A stretch of 62,223 nucleotides of DNA, counting the filler. It is 5 parts of 5 records of this genome, joined end to end, with 100 filler letters (N's around TTAATTAATTAA, not from the genome) between each part and the next. Parts side by side here need not be neighbours in the genome. Positions count along the whole stretch, not along the records: positions 20,284 to 42,424 come from SRR2962707_2695; positions 42,525 to 50,464 come from SRR2962707_2696; 3 more parts are not named here. One strand, given 5' to 3'. The translations under genes were made by a program, and so were the position numbers. The notes under the pieces are model-generated. The model worked only from the letters and a program-made list of their open reading frames with translations, searched no databases and had not been told where the DNA came from. Each line of letters begins with the position of its first letter. The stretch's first letter is position 1. Positions 39,370 through 48,793 of the stretch are shown here, one piece after another.

Positions 39370-41234
39370 CAGACTGCCTGGTCCTGCCCGGCCTGGGTAT
39401 TTGCAATTACCCGGTTGCGGCCCTCCGCCTTGGCCTGGTAAAGCGCGTCATCGGCGCAGGCAAACAACGCTTTGGTAGCGTCCGCCCGGGCGGGCGCGCA
39501 GCTGCAAACACCGATACTGACGGTCAGATGAAGTACCTGATCGGAGACCCGGAAAGCTGTTTTCTGAATCTCCTCGCGGATTCTCTCGGCGACCCGAACG
39601 GCGCCCGCTTCCGGAGTGTCTGGCAACAGGACAACAAACTCCTCGCCGCCGTATCGCGCGGCCAGATCCTGCGGCCGGGTGACGTGACGTTTGATGCAGT
39701 CGGCGACCATTTTCAGACAATCATCGCCAACGAGATGTCCGTAGGTATCGTTAAAGCTCTTGAAGTGATCAATATCTACCACCAGCAGCGACAGCGTCTC
39801 CTCAAACCGATAGGCATGGACCACGTCAGCCTGAAATTTTTTGTCAAAGTGCCCCCGGTTTTTGAGTCCGGTAAGGGGATCCGTCGCACTCAGTTCCAGT
39901 AGTTGTTCGTTGAGGGATTCCAGGTCGCGGGTCCGCTCCTGCACCCTCTCTTCCAACAGGGCATTAGCCTCTTGCTGAACACGCAACGATTTTTCCTGGG
40001 CCAGTCGAGCTTTGCGTTCTTCACGCAATAGCTTCTGCTGGGCCGCAAATGACTTCTTCTTCTCCCGGTTCAGCCTGTCGGCCAGCGCAAGCGATAACAG
40101 AATCACGCCAAGGGCCGAGCCAACCTGAGTGGCATTCTCAGTCAGCAGGTTCCTGGGCAGCATGGTAAATTTGCTCAGCGCCAATACGATGCCCCCGAAC
40201 AGCATAAAAACCCAGGCCACCGTGTAATACCGGGCAGCTGGGTCACGCTTCAGCCAACGCACCACACTCAGCATAAGCATGGTGGAGCATCCTACAAAGG
40301 CAACCAGAATGGTCGGAAGAATCATCAGTCTGTAGGGAATCAGAAGGCCCGCCAGGGCAAGCAGACCGGCCGTCATGATCATCGCCATCGTCCACCGGTT
40401 CAGCCACGGGTGGTTTTTTCTTGTCACACTGATGAAGCGAATACTGAAGGCCCCCCCGAACAGCACCACCAGATTCAGGAACACAATAATGGATTGGTCG
40501 TTCCACCAGGTCGCTTCAGGCCAGAGGTACTGGAACGCCACACCGTGCAGTGACGCCAGGAAAAGCGGCATCGACGCAATATAGCCCACGTAGTAGAGAA
40601 AACTGCGCTCTCCCACAGCCATGAAGACGAAAAGGTTGTAAAGCATCATCACCAGGACGATGCCGTAATAGATCCCCTCAAACAGGCTACGAGCCTGTTC
40701 AGCCGCGTAGAAGGCATCTTGCTCCCAGAGCGTCATGGGCACCTGCATAGAGCTGGTGGTGTCCACCCGAAGATAAATCGTTGTGGACGATTCCGGGGGC
40801 AGCACCATGGGGACTATGAAATTGCGGTGGTGGATCGGCCGGTCGTAAAAAGGACGCTTATCCCCAAGGATCAGCGGTTCAAGCAGCTTCCCGCTGACCT
40901 CACGGTAGATCTCAATATGGTCCAGGACAGGGTAACCGATCTCCAGAAAATTACTGGCTTCCGATTTCAGCGTGTTGGTGAGCTTTACCCGAAACCAGTA
41001 GATATCCTCGCCATACCCCAGACTGACACTGTCACTACCGTTTCGGGTCCAGGCCTGGTCCGGAAGGTTTCGTATGTCAGCAACCGATGGCGACCCTGTC
41101 TCCTTCCAGAAATCGACGAACCGTGAAAGCTCAAGGCGTTTGGAAAAGGGCCCCCACTCTCCGGCATCTGCATGGGCAAAGGAAGGGAGCACCAAATAAA
41201 AGAACAGCGTCAGGAAGACAAAAAGCCGTGGCAT
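39360..41234 (-). CDS. 7TMR-DISM diguanylate cyclase
   Basis: Signal peptide, DISMED2-like extracellular domain, 7 TM segments, coiled coil, TDPLTGLKNR, I-site RPQD and active site GGEEF. Confidence 0.92.
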   Translation of the reverse strand: MPRLFVFLTLFFYLVLPSFAHADAGEWGPFSKRLELSRFVDFWKETGSPSVADIRNLPDQAWTRNGSDSVSLGYGEDIYWFRVKLTNTLKSEASNFLEIGYPVLDHIEIYREVSGKLLEPLILGDKRPFYDRPIHHRNFIVPMVLPPESSTTIYLRVDTTSSMQVPMTLWEQDAFYAAEQARSLFEGIYYGIVLVMMLYNLFVFMAVGERSFLYYVGYIASMPLFLASLHGVAFQYLWPEATWWNDQSIIVFLNLVVLFGGAFSIRFISVTRKNHPWLNRWTMAMIMTAGLLALAGLLIPYRLMILPTILVAFVGCSTMLMLSVVRWLKRDPAARYYTVAWVFMLFGGIVLALSKFTMLPRNLLTENATQVGSALGVILLSLALADRLNREKKKSFAAQQKLLREERKARLAQEKSLRVQQEANALLEERVQERTRDLESLNEQLLELSATDPLTGLKNRGHFDKKFQADVVHAYRFEETLSLLVVDIDHFKSFNDTYGHLVGDDCLKMVADCIKRHVTRPQDLAARYGGEEFVVLLPDTPEAGAVRVAERIREEIQKTAFRVSDQVLHLTVSIGVCSCAPARADATKALFACADDALYQAKAEGRNRVIANTQAGQDQAVCQA

Positions 41235-41385
41235 AGCAGTCTCGGGCGTCAAACGCACTTGTTATTTGTTATAAGCTTACGACTGAGTATGCACCAAGGT
41301 AGCGACAACGTCTGCTGAAAGTACTATTTGTCGCAAATTGACATAAAAAGCTACACAAGTTGTCCGATCTGGCTGGCGTCAGCCC

Positions 41386-42114
41386 TTAACCCGTCACCGT
41401 ATCCTGTTCAAATATTTCCAGCACAGTTCGGAAGCTCTCCTCGGGAGGGGCAGAAAACCGCAGGGCTTCCCCGGTGGCCGGGTGTGAAAGCTCCAGCTCA
41501 GTGGCCGCCAACATCAACCGCCCATAGCCGAACCGTTCAGCAAAATACCGGTTGTGCCGGCCGCGCCCGTGATTGGCATCCCCGATAATCGGATGACTAA
41601 TATGCTTCATGTGCCGCCGGAGCTGATGTTTCCGGCCGGTTTCGGGCTTCAGCTCCACCAGGCTGTAACGACTGGTGGGGTATCGCTCAATAGAGACCGG
41701 CAACTCCGTGGTCGCGAGGCAACGGTAGCGAGTCAGGGCCGGCCGGACGGGCTGTTCTTCTCCCTTCAATCGGCGGTCTTCGGGCTCTTCCCGGAGTGGA
41801 TGATCGATCACGCCCTGTTCCGGCGCCCAGCCTCGAACCAACGCAAGGTAGGTCTTCTTGAATTCGCCCGCCATCATTGCAAGCCCCAGTACCCTCGCCG
41901 TTGCCTGATCCCTGGCGAACAAAACGATGCCAGATGTCGGCCGATCCAGCCGATGCACCGGATAGACATGGGCTCCGCCGTTCATAGAACGGGCGTACTG
42001 CAACGCGAATTCCGTCTCATGGCGGTCAATCGGGCTGCGATGCATGAGCAACCCGGCCGGTTTGTGAACCACAAGAAGCTGGGAATCACGATAAATTTCT
42101 GTGAGCGGGTTCAT
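41386..42114 (-). CDS. truC: tRNA pseudouridine(65) synthase, RluA family
   Basis: Motifs HKPAGLLMHRS.IDRHE, VHRLDRPTSG and TGRKHQLRRHMKHISHPIIGDANHG. Confidence 0.88.
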   Translation of the reverse strand: MNPLTEIYRDSQLLVVHKPAGLLMHRSPIDRHETEFALQYARSMNGGAHVYPVHRLDRPTSGIVLFARDQATARVLGLAMMAGEFKKTYLALVRGWAPEQGVIDHPLREEPEDRRLKGEEQPVRPALTRYRCLATTELPVSIERYPTSRYSLVELKPETGRKHQLRRHMKHISHPIIGDANHGRGRHNRYFAERFGYGRLMLAATELELSHPATGEALRFSAPPEESFRTVLEIFEQDTVTG

Positions 42115-42206
42115 AATATAAAATATCGGCCGATAAACCAGTCAGGCAGCCCGCCAGAGGCCGCCACGATACTCCATTAGCCCTAGCATCTTACAGGACC
42201 CCGCCC

Positions 42207-42424
42207 ATGCGCTGGTACAACAAAAGCATCCTTAACCGGATCCTTACCATCATCGTGGTCTCCAACCTTCTGATAGCGATTGTTGCAGGCATCTACTTCA
42301 ACCGATCATTGTCCAGCCAGGATGAATACGAACACCTGATCAGTGACGAGATTGTGCTGGCCCTGGAAGCGCAAGACATTCTCAGTGATTTCAAGACGCA
42401 GGTTCAGGAATGGAAGAACGTCCT
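42207..42424 (+). CDS. Probable methyl-accepting chemotaxis protein, N-terminus only (truncated)
   Basis: N-terminal TM followed by FKTQVQEWKNV, a motif I associate with gammaproteobacterial MCP sensor domains. The signalling domain is not in the window. Confidence 0.6.
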
Positions 42425-42524
42425 NNNNNNNNNNNNNNNNNNNNNNNNNNNNNNNNNNNNNNNNNNNNTTAATTAATTAANNNNNNNNNNNNNNNNNNNN
42501 NNNNNNNNNNNNNNNNNNNNNNNN
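42425..42524. other. Artificial contig spacer
   Basis: N44-TTAATTAATTAA-N44. Confidence 0.98.
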
Positions 42525-42525
42525 T

Positions 42526-43041
42526 GGTCAACGCCAGCGCATCGCCATCGCCCGTGCACTGGCGATGGACCCGGAATTGCTGGTGCTGGACGAGGCTGTC
42601 GCCTCGCTTGATGTTTCGATTCAGGCGCAGGTGCTGAACGTCTTTACAGACCTGCGCCGGGACCTTGCCTTGACAGCGCTATTCATCAGTCATGACCTGT
42701 CCGTCGTCCGTCATGTCTGCGATCGGGTTGCGATCATGTATCTGGGCCGTGTGGTCGAATTGGCGGATGCCGGGGTGCTTTATGAAAAGCCGCTCCATCC
42801 ATATACCGAGGCGCTATTTGCGTCTGTTCCTACTTTGGGTACGGGGCGCGCTCGGTTCAATCCCATCAAGGGCGAGATCCCTTCACCGCTGAATCCGCCA
42901 TCAGGGTGCGCCTTCCATCCGCGCTGTTCGATGGCAGGCCCACGATGCCGCGTCGAGGTGCCGAAACTAATGGGGGCAACTGTCGGACGCGATGTGGCCT
43001 GTCATCTTCACGACGGCGGAACGGGGGCGGAAGCCGCATGA
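42526..43041 (+). CDS. Oligopeptide/dipeptide ABC transporter ATPase, OppF-like (5' truncated)
   Basis: Motifs GQRQRIAIARAL, LDEAVASLDVSIQAQ, ISHDL, HPYT and the Cys-rich tail SGCAFHPRC...VACH. Confidence 0.92.
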   Translation, partial: GQRQRIAIARALAMDPELLVLDEAVASLDVSIQAQVLNVFTDLRRDLALTALFISHDLSVVRHVCDRVAIMYLGRVVELADAGVLYEKPLHPYTEALFASVPTLGTGRARFNPIKGEIPSPLNPPSGCAFHPRCSMAGPRCRVEVPKLMGATVGRDVACHLHDGGTGAEAA

Positions 43042-44519
43042 CCGATACGCTGCAAAATTTGATCGGCCCCATCAACGATGTGCTTTGCGCAGTAAACGCG
43101 CTTGAATGGGACGCCCGGGTGATGATGCCACGTGGTGGGGCAGAAACGCGGGGCCACCAGATTGCCACGCTTAAGGGGTTGGCGCGGGGAATGATCCTCG
43201 ATCCTGCACTAGGCGACGCCGCGCAGGAGGCTGCCGAAAGCAGGGACGATCTGACCGCGCGCGCCGGTGCGACAGTGCTTGATGCCCAGGATTATCATTC
43301 CCGCATGCCTGCGGATCTGTTGCGTCGCCGTGCCGTAGGCGGCGCACTGGCCGGAGCAGTATGGGCCGAAGCGCGCGCAGCGTCCGATTTCAAGATGTTC
43401 CAGCCATATCTTGAACGTATGGTAGATCTTTGTCGCGAAACGGCCGAGGCTGTCGGTTACGACACGCATCCCTACGATGCCATGGTGAACGTCTTTGAGC
43501 CGGGTGAGACAGCCGCATCTTTGGGCGCGTATTTCAACGAACTGCGGCAAGGTATCAAGCCTGCCCTGGATCAGGCGCTTGGCCGGACACCCCCAAGAAG
43601 CGATTTTCTGTATCGTCATTTCGAGCCCGAAATCCAAAAGGTCTTTGCACATGAAATCGCTGAATGGCTGGGGTTTGATTTTACCCGCGGGCGGTTGGAC
43701 ACATCCGTGCATCCGTTTGAGATAAGCCAGACCTGCGGCGATGTTCGCATCACATCGCGATGGCGGGCCGATTACTTGCCCATGTCGATTTTCGGCACAA
43801 TTCACGAGGTTGGCCATGCGCTTTATGAACAAGGTGCGGGAACTGACCTTACGAGGGGGGTCCACGCCACCGATCTGATAGGGCTATACGCCGCGGCGGG
43901 CACCAGCTTTGGCATGCACGAAAGCCAGTCGCGACTGTTTGAAAATCATGTGGGGCGGACGCCGGCATTCTGGAATGTGCACTTTGGGCGGCTTCGCGAT
44001 CTGTTCCCAGAGCAACTGGGCGATGTGACAGAGATCGAATTCGTGGCCGCAGTGAACAGGGTAGAGCCTGGTTTCATCCGGGTCGAGGCAGATGAACTGA
44101 CCTATGATCTGCACATCATGCTGCGTGTCAGACTGGAAATGGCATTGATGGACGGCAGCCTATCAGTCGCCGATCTGCCCGCGGCCTGGAACGAGGCCAT
44201 TCAAGACGATCTGGGGCTAAGGGTGCCAAGCGATGCGATGGGTTGCCTGCAGGACGTGCATTGGTCCCATGGGTATATGGGATCTTTCCCCACCTATACG
44301 ATTGGCAATGCGACAGCGGCGCAGGTCATGACGCACCTGCGTGAGACCGTCTCCGGGGCGGATGTATCTGATCCTGCTCTGCTGCGCGCTGCGCTGGGGC
44401 AGGGTATCTGGCAGCATGGCCGATCTCGCAGCAGAGGCGAACTTTTGTGTTCGATGGATCAATGCAAGCACGACACGGCACCGTATCTAGCGTATCTTGA
44501 CGCCAAGTTCGGTGATTGA
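43038..44519 (+). CDS. Carboxypeptidase, M32 family
   Basis: Motifs HPF, HEVGH (HExxH), HESQ, IRVEADE, QDVHW and GSFPTY. ATGA overlap with the ABC ATPase. Confidence 0.93.
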   Translation: MTDTLQNLIGPINDVLCAVNALEWDARVMMPRGGAETRGHQIATLKGLARGMILDPALGDAAQEAAESRDDLTARAGATVLDAQDYHSRMPADLLRRRAVGGALAGAVWAEARAASDFKMFQPYLERMVDLCRETAEAVGYDTHPYDAMVNVFEPGETAASLGAYFNELRQGIKPALDQALGRTPPRSDFLYRHFEPEIQKVFAHEIAEWLGFDFTRGRLDTSVHPFEISQTCGDVRITSRWRADYLPMSIFGTIHEVGHALYEQGAGTDLTRGVHATDLIGLYAAAGTSFGMHESQSRLFENHVGRTPAFWNVHFGRLRDLFPEQLGDVTEIEFVAAVNRVEPGFIRVEADELTYDLHIMLRVRLEMALMDGSLSVADLPAAWNEAIQDDLGLRVPSDAMGCLQDVHWSHGYMGSFPTYTIGNATAAQVMTHLRETVSGADVSDPALLRAALGQGIWQHGRSRSRGELLCSMDQCKHDTAPYLAYLDAKFGD

Positions 44520-44549
44520 CTGAAATTAGCGTACTTGCGTCTAACTCGG

Positions 44550-44726
44550 ATAGAATACCGGTTGCACTGGATCCATTGCGCCTTTGTTGCGCAAATAGGG
44601 CTTGGTTCAGCCTTTGGGGCGCATCCCGCCAGCCGAGGCAGTGGACAGTTTCGTAAAGCACGGCCACCTCGAGCCATGGCTTCGTAATCAACGGCAATCC
44701 GCCTGCGGCTAACCCGGGGCGGTTCA
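44550..44726 (+). mobile_element. Decayed IS3-family (IS51-like) right end: transposase C-terminal relic plus terminal inverted repeat
   Basis: Frameshifted fragments IEYRLHWIHC / LVQPLGRIPPAEAVDSF / MAS* resemble IS3 OrfB C-termini. They are followed by GCCTGCGGCTAACCCGGGGCGGTTCA, whose reverse complement begins TGAACCGCCCCGGG, an IS629/IS51-type end. Confidence 0.75.
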
Positions 44727-44779
44727 GGCGATTGGTCTTCGCACTTTCCCTGCAGCGCGTGCAGGAGTAAAGGCAGCCC

Positions 44780-45841
44780 ATGACACTGGAAATCAGCCAT
44801 CTCGATCAGATGTTCACGCACGGATTCGACACCGTGATCGATGTACGCAGTCCTGCGGAATTTGAAGAGGATCACGTGCCGGGGGCCATCAACCTTCCGG
44901 TCCTGGATAACGAAGAGCGCGCCCGCGTGGGCACGATCTACAAGCAGGAAAGCCCGTTCCTTGCGCGTAAAATCGGCGCTGCCTTGGTGTTCCGTAATGC
45001 TTCGGCCCATATCGAGGGGCCGCTGGCACAGTATGATGGGGGCTGGCAGCCGCTGGTCTATTGCTGGCGGGGCGGTCAGCGGTCAGGGTCATTTGGCTGG
45101 ATGCTGGCGCAAATCGGTTGGCGGTCCGACGTGATTAAGGGCGGGTACAAGACGTACCGGCGTCTGGTGACGGAACGGTTGTATGATGCGCCGCTGGGCC
45201 TGCGTCTGATTCAGCTGGGCGGCTATACCGGCACGGCAAAAACCGCCTTGCTGCATCGCCTTGCGGATCGGGGTGTTCAGGTGCTGGACCTAGAAGGGCT
45301 GGCGCGGCATCGCGGGTCGCTGCTGGGCGGCATGCCAGGCGGGCAGCCGAGCCAAAAGGCGTTTGAATCTGCACTGGCCATAGCCCTGCACAGGATGGAC
45401 CCGGCCCGCCCCGTTCTGGTCGAGGCGGAATCGAGCAAGATTGGCGGGCTTCTGGTGCCGCCGTCGATTTGGTCGGCGATGAAGGCTGCGCCCTGGATCG
45501 AAGTCACGGCGCCGATATCGGCACGGGCGGTGTACCTGGCCGAGGCTTATGACGATATCCTGTCCGACACAAAGTCGCTGCGCGACAAGTTACGCCATCT
45601 AGTTGCCTTTCGCGGCGCGGCGGTGGTCGATCACTGGTACAATTTGATCGACGCCGGGGATCGGCTTGCCCTAACGGCGGCCCTGGCAGAGCAGCATTAT
45701 GATCCGGCCTATGCCAAGTCGATGCGCGCCGTGGCCCCGAATATCATCGCCCGTTTTGACACTGAAAGCCTGTCGGCGTCAGCACTGGACAGTTTGGCCG
45801 ACCGGATTGCCGACCAATTTCATTCCGGGACGTTGATTTGA
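44780..45841 (+). CDS. mnmH: tRNA 2-selenouridine(34) synthase
   Basis: Rhodanese domain (IDVRSPAEF, YCWRGGQRS), P-loop GYTGTAKT, DLEGLARHRGS, QPSQKAFE and EAESSKIG. Adjacent to selD. Confidence 0.93.
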   Translation: MTLEISHLDQMFTHGFDTVIDVRSPAEFEEDHVPGAINLPVLDNEERARVGTIYKQESPFLARKIGAALVFRNASAHIEGPLAQYDGGWQPLVYCWRGGQRSGSFGWMLAQIGWRSDVIKGGYKTYRRLVTERLYDAPLGLRLIQLGGYTGTAKTALLHRLADRGVQVLDLEGLARHRGSLLGGMPGGQPSQKAFESALAIALHRMDPARPVLVEAESSKIGGLLVPPSIWSAMKAAPWIEVTAPISARAVYLAEAYDDILSDTKSLRDKLRHLVAFRGAAVVDHWYNLIDAGDRLALTAALAEQHYDPAYAKSMRAVAPNIIARFDTESLSASALDSLADRIADQFHSGTLI

Positions 45842-47985
45842 GGTGGTCCAGAGACGAGTGTGCCGATTACCGCAGCCGGATAGCCGGCTTTTGTAAGGTC
45901 GGCCAGAACCGCCGACGCGCGGTCCGGTGGGACTGCGGCCAGCAACCCACCTGCGGTCTGCGGATCAAACAGCAGCGCCGCGCGGGCGGTTTCGGGCAGA
46001 TGGGGCGCGGCGGTGCGGTTCTGCGGATAGAGCGTGGATCGGTGGCCCCGCTCTGACAGCGCCAGCGCCCCTGACATGATAGGGACCGCGTCCAGTTGCA
46101 CACTGGCGCCGGTGCCAGACGCTTCACAGATGCCGAGCAGATGACCGGCCAGACCGAAGCCGGTGACATCTGTCATGGCGTGGGCGCAGGACAGGATATG
46201 CGATGCATCTGCCTGCGAATGCATCATGGCGTTCAGGCAGGCGATGACGTCCCGGCCTGCTGCATCCCCTGCCATGTCTGCGGCCATGACAACTCCGCTG
46301 CCGATGGGTTTGGTGAGGATCAGCACATCGCCCGGCTGACCGCCCGCAAGGGTGATCGGATCGACAGCGCACAACCCAGTGAGTGTAAGGCCGATGGTGA
46401 GTTCGTCCCCGACCGAGCTGTGACCACCGACAATCTCGGCACCGGCTGCGCGCAGCGTTTCATGGGCGGTCTGCATGATTTCGGCCAACAATCGCCGCGT
46501 CAGCGTTTCCGACAGGTGCGGCAAGATCAGGCTGACCAGCGCGGCCTGCGGTTGCGCGCCCATGGCCCAGATGTCGCCAAGTGCGTGATTGGCCGCGATG
46601 CGGGTCATCATGACCGGGTCATCGGTCATCGCGCGCAGATGGTCCGTGCTGATTACTTGCCGTGTCTGACCCATCTGCAATAGGGCGGCATCGTCGCCGG
46701 GTAGCGGCGTTATGTCTGCGTGTTCGTGTGTGGGAAGCTCGGCGAGAATGTCGCGCAGGGTGCCGCGCCCCACCTTCGCGCCACAGCCGCCGCACTTGGG
46801 TTTGGACCCGAGCGTTTCCAGCATGTCGGCAGCGCGGGGCCAAGGCAGCGCGGGGCGCGGCATGATGGGATAAGCCGTGAATTTGCGCATGAATTTCTGG
46901 TCGATACGATCCTTCCAACGCCACATCAATAGCCCGGACAAGGGCATGCCAAAGCGTTCTGCGATGGCTGTCTTGCCGCCCATCGAAATCAGCTTGAGGT
47001 AGTCGCGCTGCGGCCGGTAGGCACGCGGCCTGCCCGTGCCGCTGAGCGCGGCGCGCAGGTTGTGATAAAGGATAGGGGCCTGCCGAACGGCGTAAACCCC
47101 GGCCTTTGGCCTTGGATCTACGGCAAAATGGGCGCAATCTCCGACGGCAAAAATGCCGGGCTCGCTGCTGTGCAGGCTTTGGTCGACGGTGATAAAGCCG
47201 TCCTTCAGCGTTAACCCGGTAGGGCGGAGCCAATCATAAGGCCGCGCCCCTGCGGCACCACTGACAAATGCGGCGGCAATCTGCGTGCCGTTTTCGAGTG
47301 TCACGCCATCGGCGTTCACGGCCGCGATCCCGGCATTTTTATGCAGAGTGATGTCGAGCCCCGCAAGAGCAGCGAGGATCTTGTCTGACGTTGCGGGGCC
47401 AAGACCGGCAAGCATCTTTGACCGGTCGATCAGGTTGATCGTGTAATTGCGGCCCCGTTTGCGCAGGGCATGGGCCATGGCCATGGCGATTTCGGCCCCT
47501 GCCACGCCCCCGCCGATCACCGCGACAGAGGCAGGCCCCGTGGCATTCAGATATTGATCCCAGGCCGAGGCGAAGGGGCCAAGCGGTTTGGCCGGTACAG
47601 CGTGATCGGAAAAGCCGGGTACCGCAGGCATGGCGCTGGTGATCCCGATATCGACAGAAAGAACGTCAAAGCCGATGTCCGGCCGGCCCGGTACGCTGAC
47701 CGTGCGTGCGTTCAGATCAATACCGTCGGCGGCCCCGTTCACCAGTCGGGCGCCAGAAAACCGCGCCAGTTTCACAAGATCGATATCCAGCGCATCCCGG
47801 CCGTAATGGCCGGCAATGTGACCGGGCAGCATGCCGGAATAGGGCGCGGTCGGACCGGGATTGATCAGCGTCAGCCGGACACCGGGCAGCGGTGCCATTC
47901 CCCATTTCCGTAGCACCAGAACGTGCGTGTGGCCGCCACCGATCAGGACAAGGTCGCGGGTCAGGGGCAGGGGTGGCTGGTGCAT
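45820..47985 (-). CDS. selD: Selenide,water dikinase fused to an N-terminal FAD/NAD pyridine-nucleotide oxidoreductase domain
   Basis: N-terminal IGGGHTH, YSGMLPG, IGGGVAG, FAVGD and PKAGVYAVRQ. C-terminal CGGCGAKVG, DDAA, GDIWAMG, GGHS, LTKPIG, TDVTGFGL and DPQTAGGLL. Confidence 0.93.
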   Translation of the reverse strand: MHQPPLPLTRDLVLIGGGHTHVLVLRKWGMAPLPGVRLTLINPGPTAPYSGMLPGHIAGHYGRDALDIDLVKLARFSGARLVNGAADGIDLNARTVSVPGRPDIGFDVLSVDIGITSAMPAVPGFSDHAVPAKPLGPFASAWDQYLNATGPASVAVIGGGVAGAEIAMAMAHALRKRGRNYTINLIDRSKMLAGLGPATSDKILAALAGLDITLHKNAGIAAVNADGVTLENGTQIAAAFVSGAAGARPYDWLRPTGLTLKDGFITVDQSLHSSEPGIFAVGDCAHFAVDPRPKAGVYAVRQAPILYHNLRAALSGTGRPRAYRPQRDYLKLISMGGKTAIAERFGMPLSGLLMWRWKDRIDQKFMRKFTAYPIMPRPALPWPRAADMLETLGSKPKCGGCGAKVGRGTLRDILAELPTHEHADITPLPGDDAALLQMGQTRQVISTDHLRAMTDDPVMMTRIAANHALGDIWAMGAQPQAALVSLILPHLSETLTRRLLAEIMQTAHETLRAAGAEIVGGHSSVGDELTIGLTLTGLCAVDPITLAGGQPGDVLILTKPIGSGVVMAADMAGDAAGRDVIACLNAMMHSQADASHILSCAHAMTDVTGFGLAGHLLGICEASGTGASVQLDAVPIMSGALALSERGHRSTLYPQNRTAAPHLPETARAALLFDPQTAGGLLAAVPPDRASAVLADLTKAGYPAAVIGTLVSGPPQINVPE

Positions 47986-48094
47986 GGCGATCTCCGGTTT
48001 GGCGGGGATCTAACATGCGGTTGCGGAAATGTCTTGGCCCGACGCGGCAGCCGCTGAGGTCTGCACGCGCATTTGATAGAGCCGCGATCTGACG

Positions 48095-48790
48095 TCAGAT
48101 CGATACGCGAGCCAGCAAGGTTTCGCGGTCAATCCCGGCCCTTGGGCCTTCGAGCACGACCGCCCCCCGGTTGACGGCAAAAAAGCTGTCGGCAAGCCCA
48201 TAGGTGAAGTCGAAATACTGCTCGACCAGAATGATCGCCATGTCACCCTGATCGCGCAGTTTCGCGATCACGCGTCCGATCTGCTGGATGATGTTGGGCT
48301 GGATGCCTTCGGTCGGTTCGTCCAGAAGCAGGACACGGGGCTTGGTGATCAGGGCGCGGGCGATGGCAAGCTGCTGCTGCTGTCCGCCCGAAAGATCGCC
48401 GCCGCGACGGTTGATGAATTCCTTGAGGATCGGGAAAAGCTCCCAGATATGCTCGGGCACCTGATGTTCGGATTTCGGCAGGCAGGCGAAACCGGATTCA
48501 AGGTTTTCCATCACGGTCATCAGGGGAAACACTTCGCGGCCTTGCGGCACATACGCGATTCCGGCGCGTGCTGCCTGATAGGCGGTTGGATGATCCAGCA
48601 GCGTGCCGTCCAGCGTCATTGTGCCACCAGAATATGGATGCCGCCCGGCAATAGCCTTGAGAAGAGATGTCTTGCCCACGCCGTTGGTGCCCATGACGGC
48701 GGTCACCTCACCGGGTTTCGCGGTGAGGGAAATACCATGCAGGATCTGGCTCTGCCCGTAGTGGAGGGTCAGGTTGTCGACGCTCAGCAT
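48095..48790 (-). CDS. urtE: Urea ABC transporter ATP-binding subunit
   Basis: Motifs GTNGVGKT, YVPQGREVFP, LSGGQQQQLAIARAL, DEPTEGIQP and VEQYFDF. Confidence 0.9.
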   Translation of the reverse strand: MLSVDNLTLHYGQSQILHGISLTAKPGEVTAVMGTNGVGKTSLLKAIAGRHPYSGGTMTLDGTLLDHPTAYQAARAGIAYVPQGREVFPLMTVMENLESGFACLPKSEHQVPEHIWELFPILKEFINRRGGDLSGGQQQQLAIARALITKPRVLLLDEPTEGIQPNIIQQIGRVIAKLRDQGDMAIILVEQYFDFTYGLADSFFAVNRGAVVLEGPRAGIDRETLLARVSI

Positions 48791-48793
48791 CTG

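Noticed and set aside
41330..41342. FleQ-like box (GTCGCAAATTGAC) upstream of the diguanylate cyclase
   Set aside because: The spacing between GTC and GAC is one base shorter than the consensus I recall, and there is a single copy. Too weak to call.
46770..46810. Possible selenocysteine (UGA) recoding at the SelD active site
   Set aside because: The frame is open with Cys codons (CGGCGAK). No in-frame TGA occurs and no SECIS is needed.
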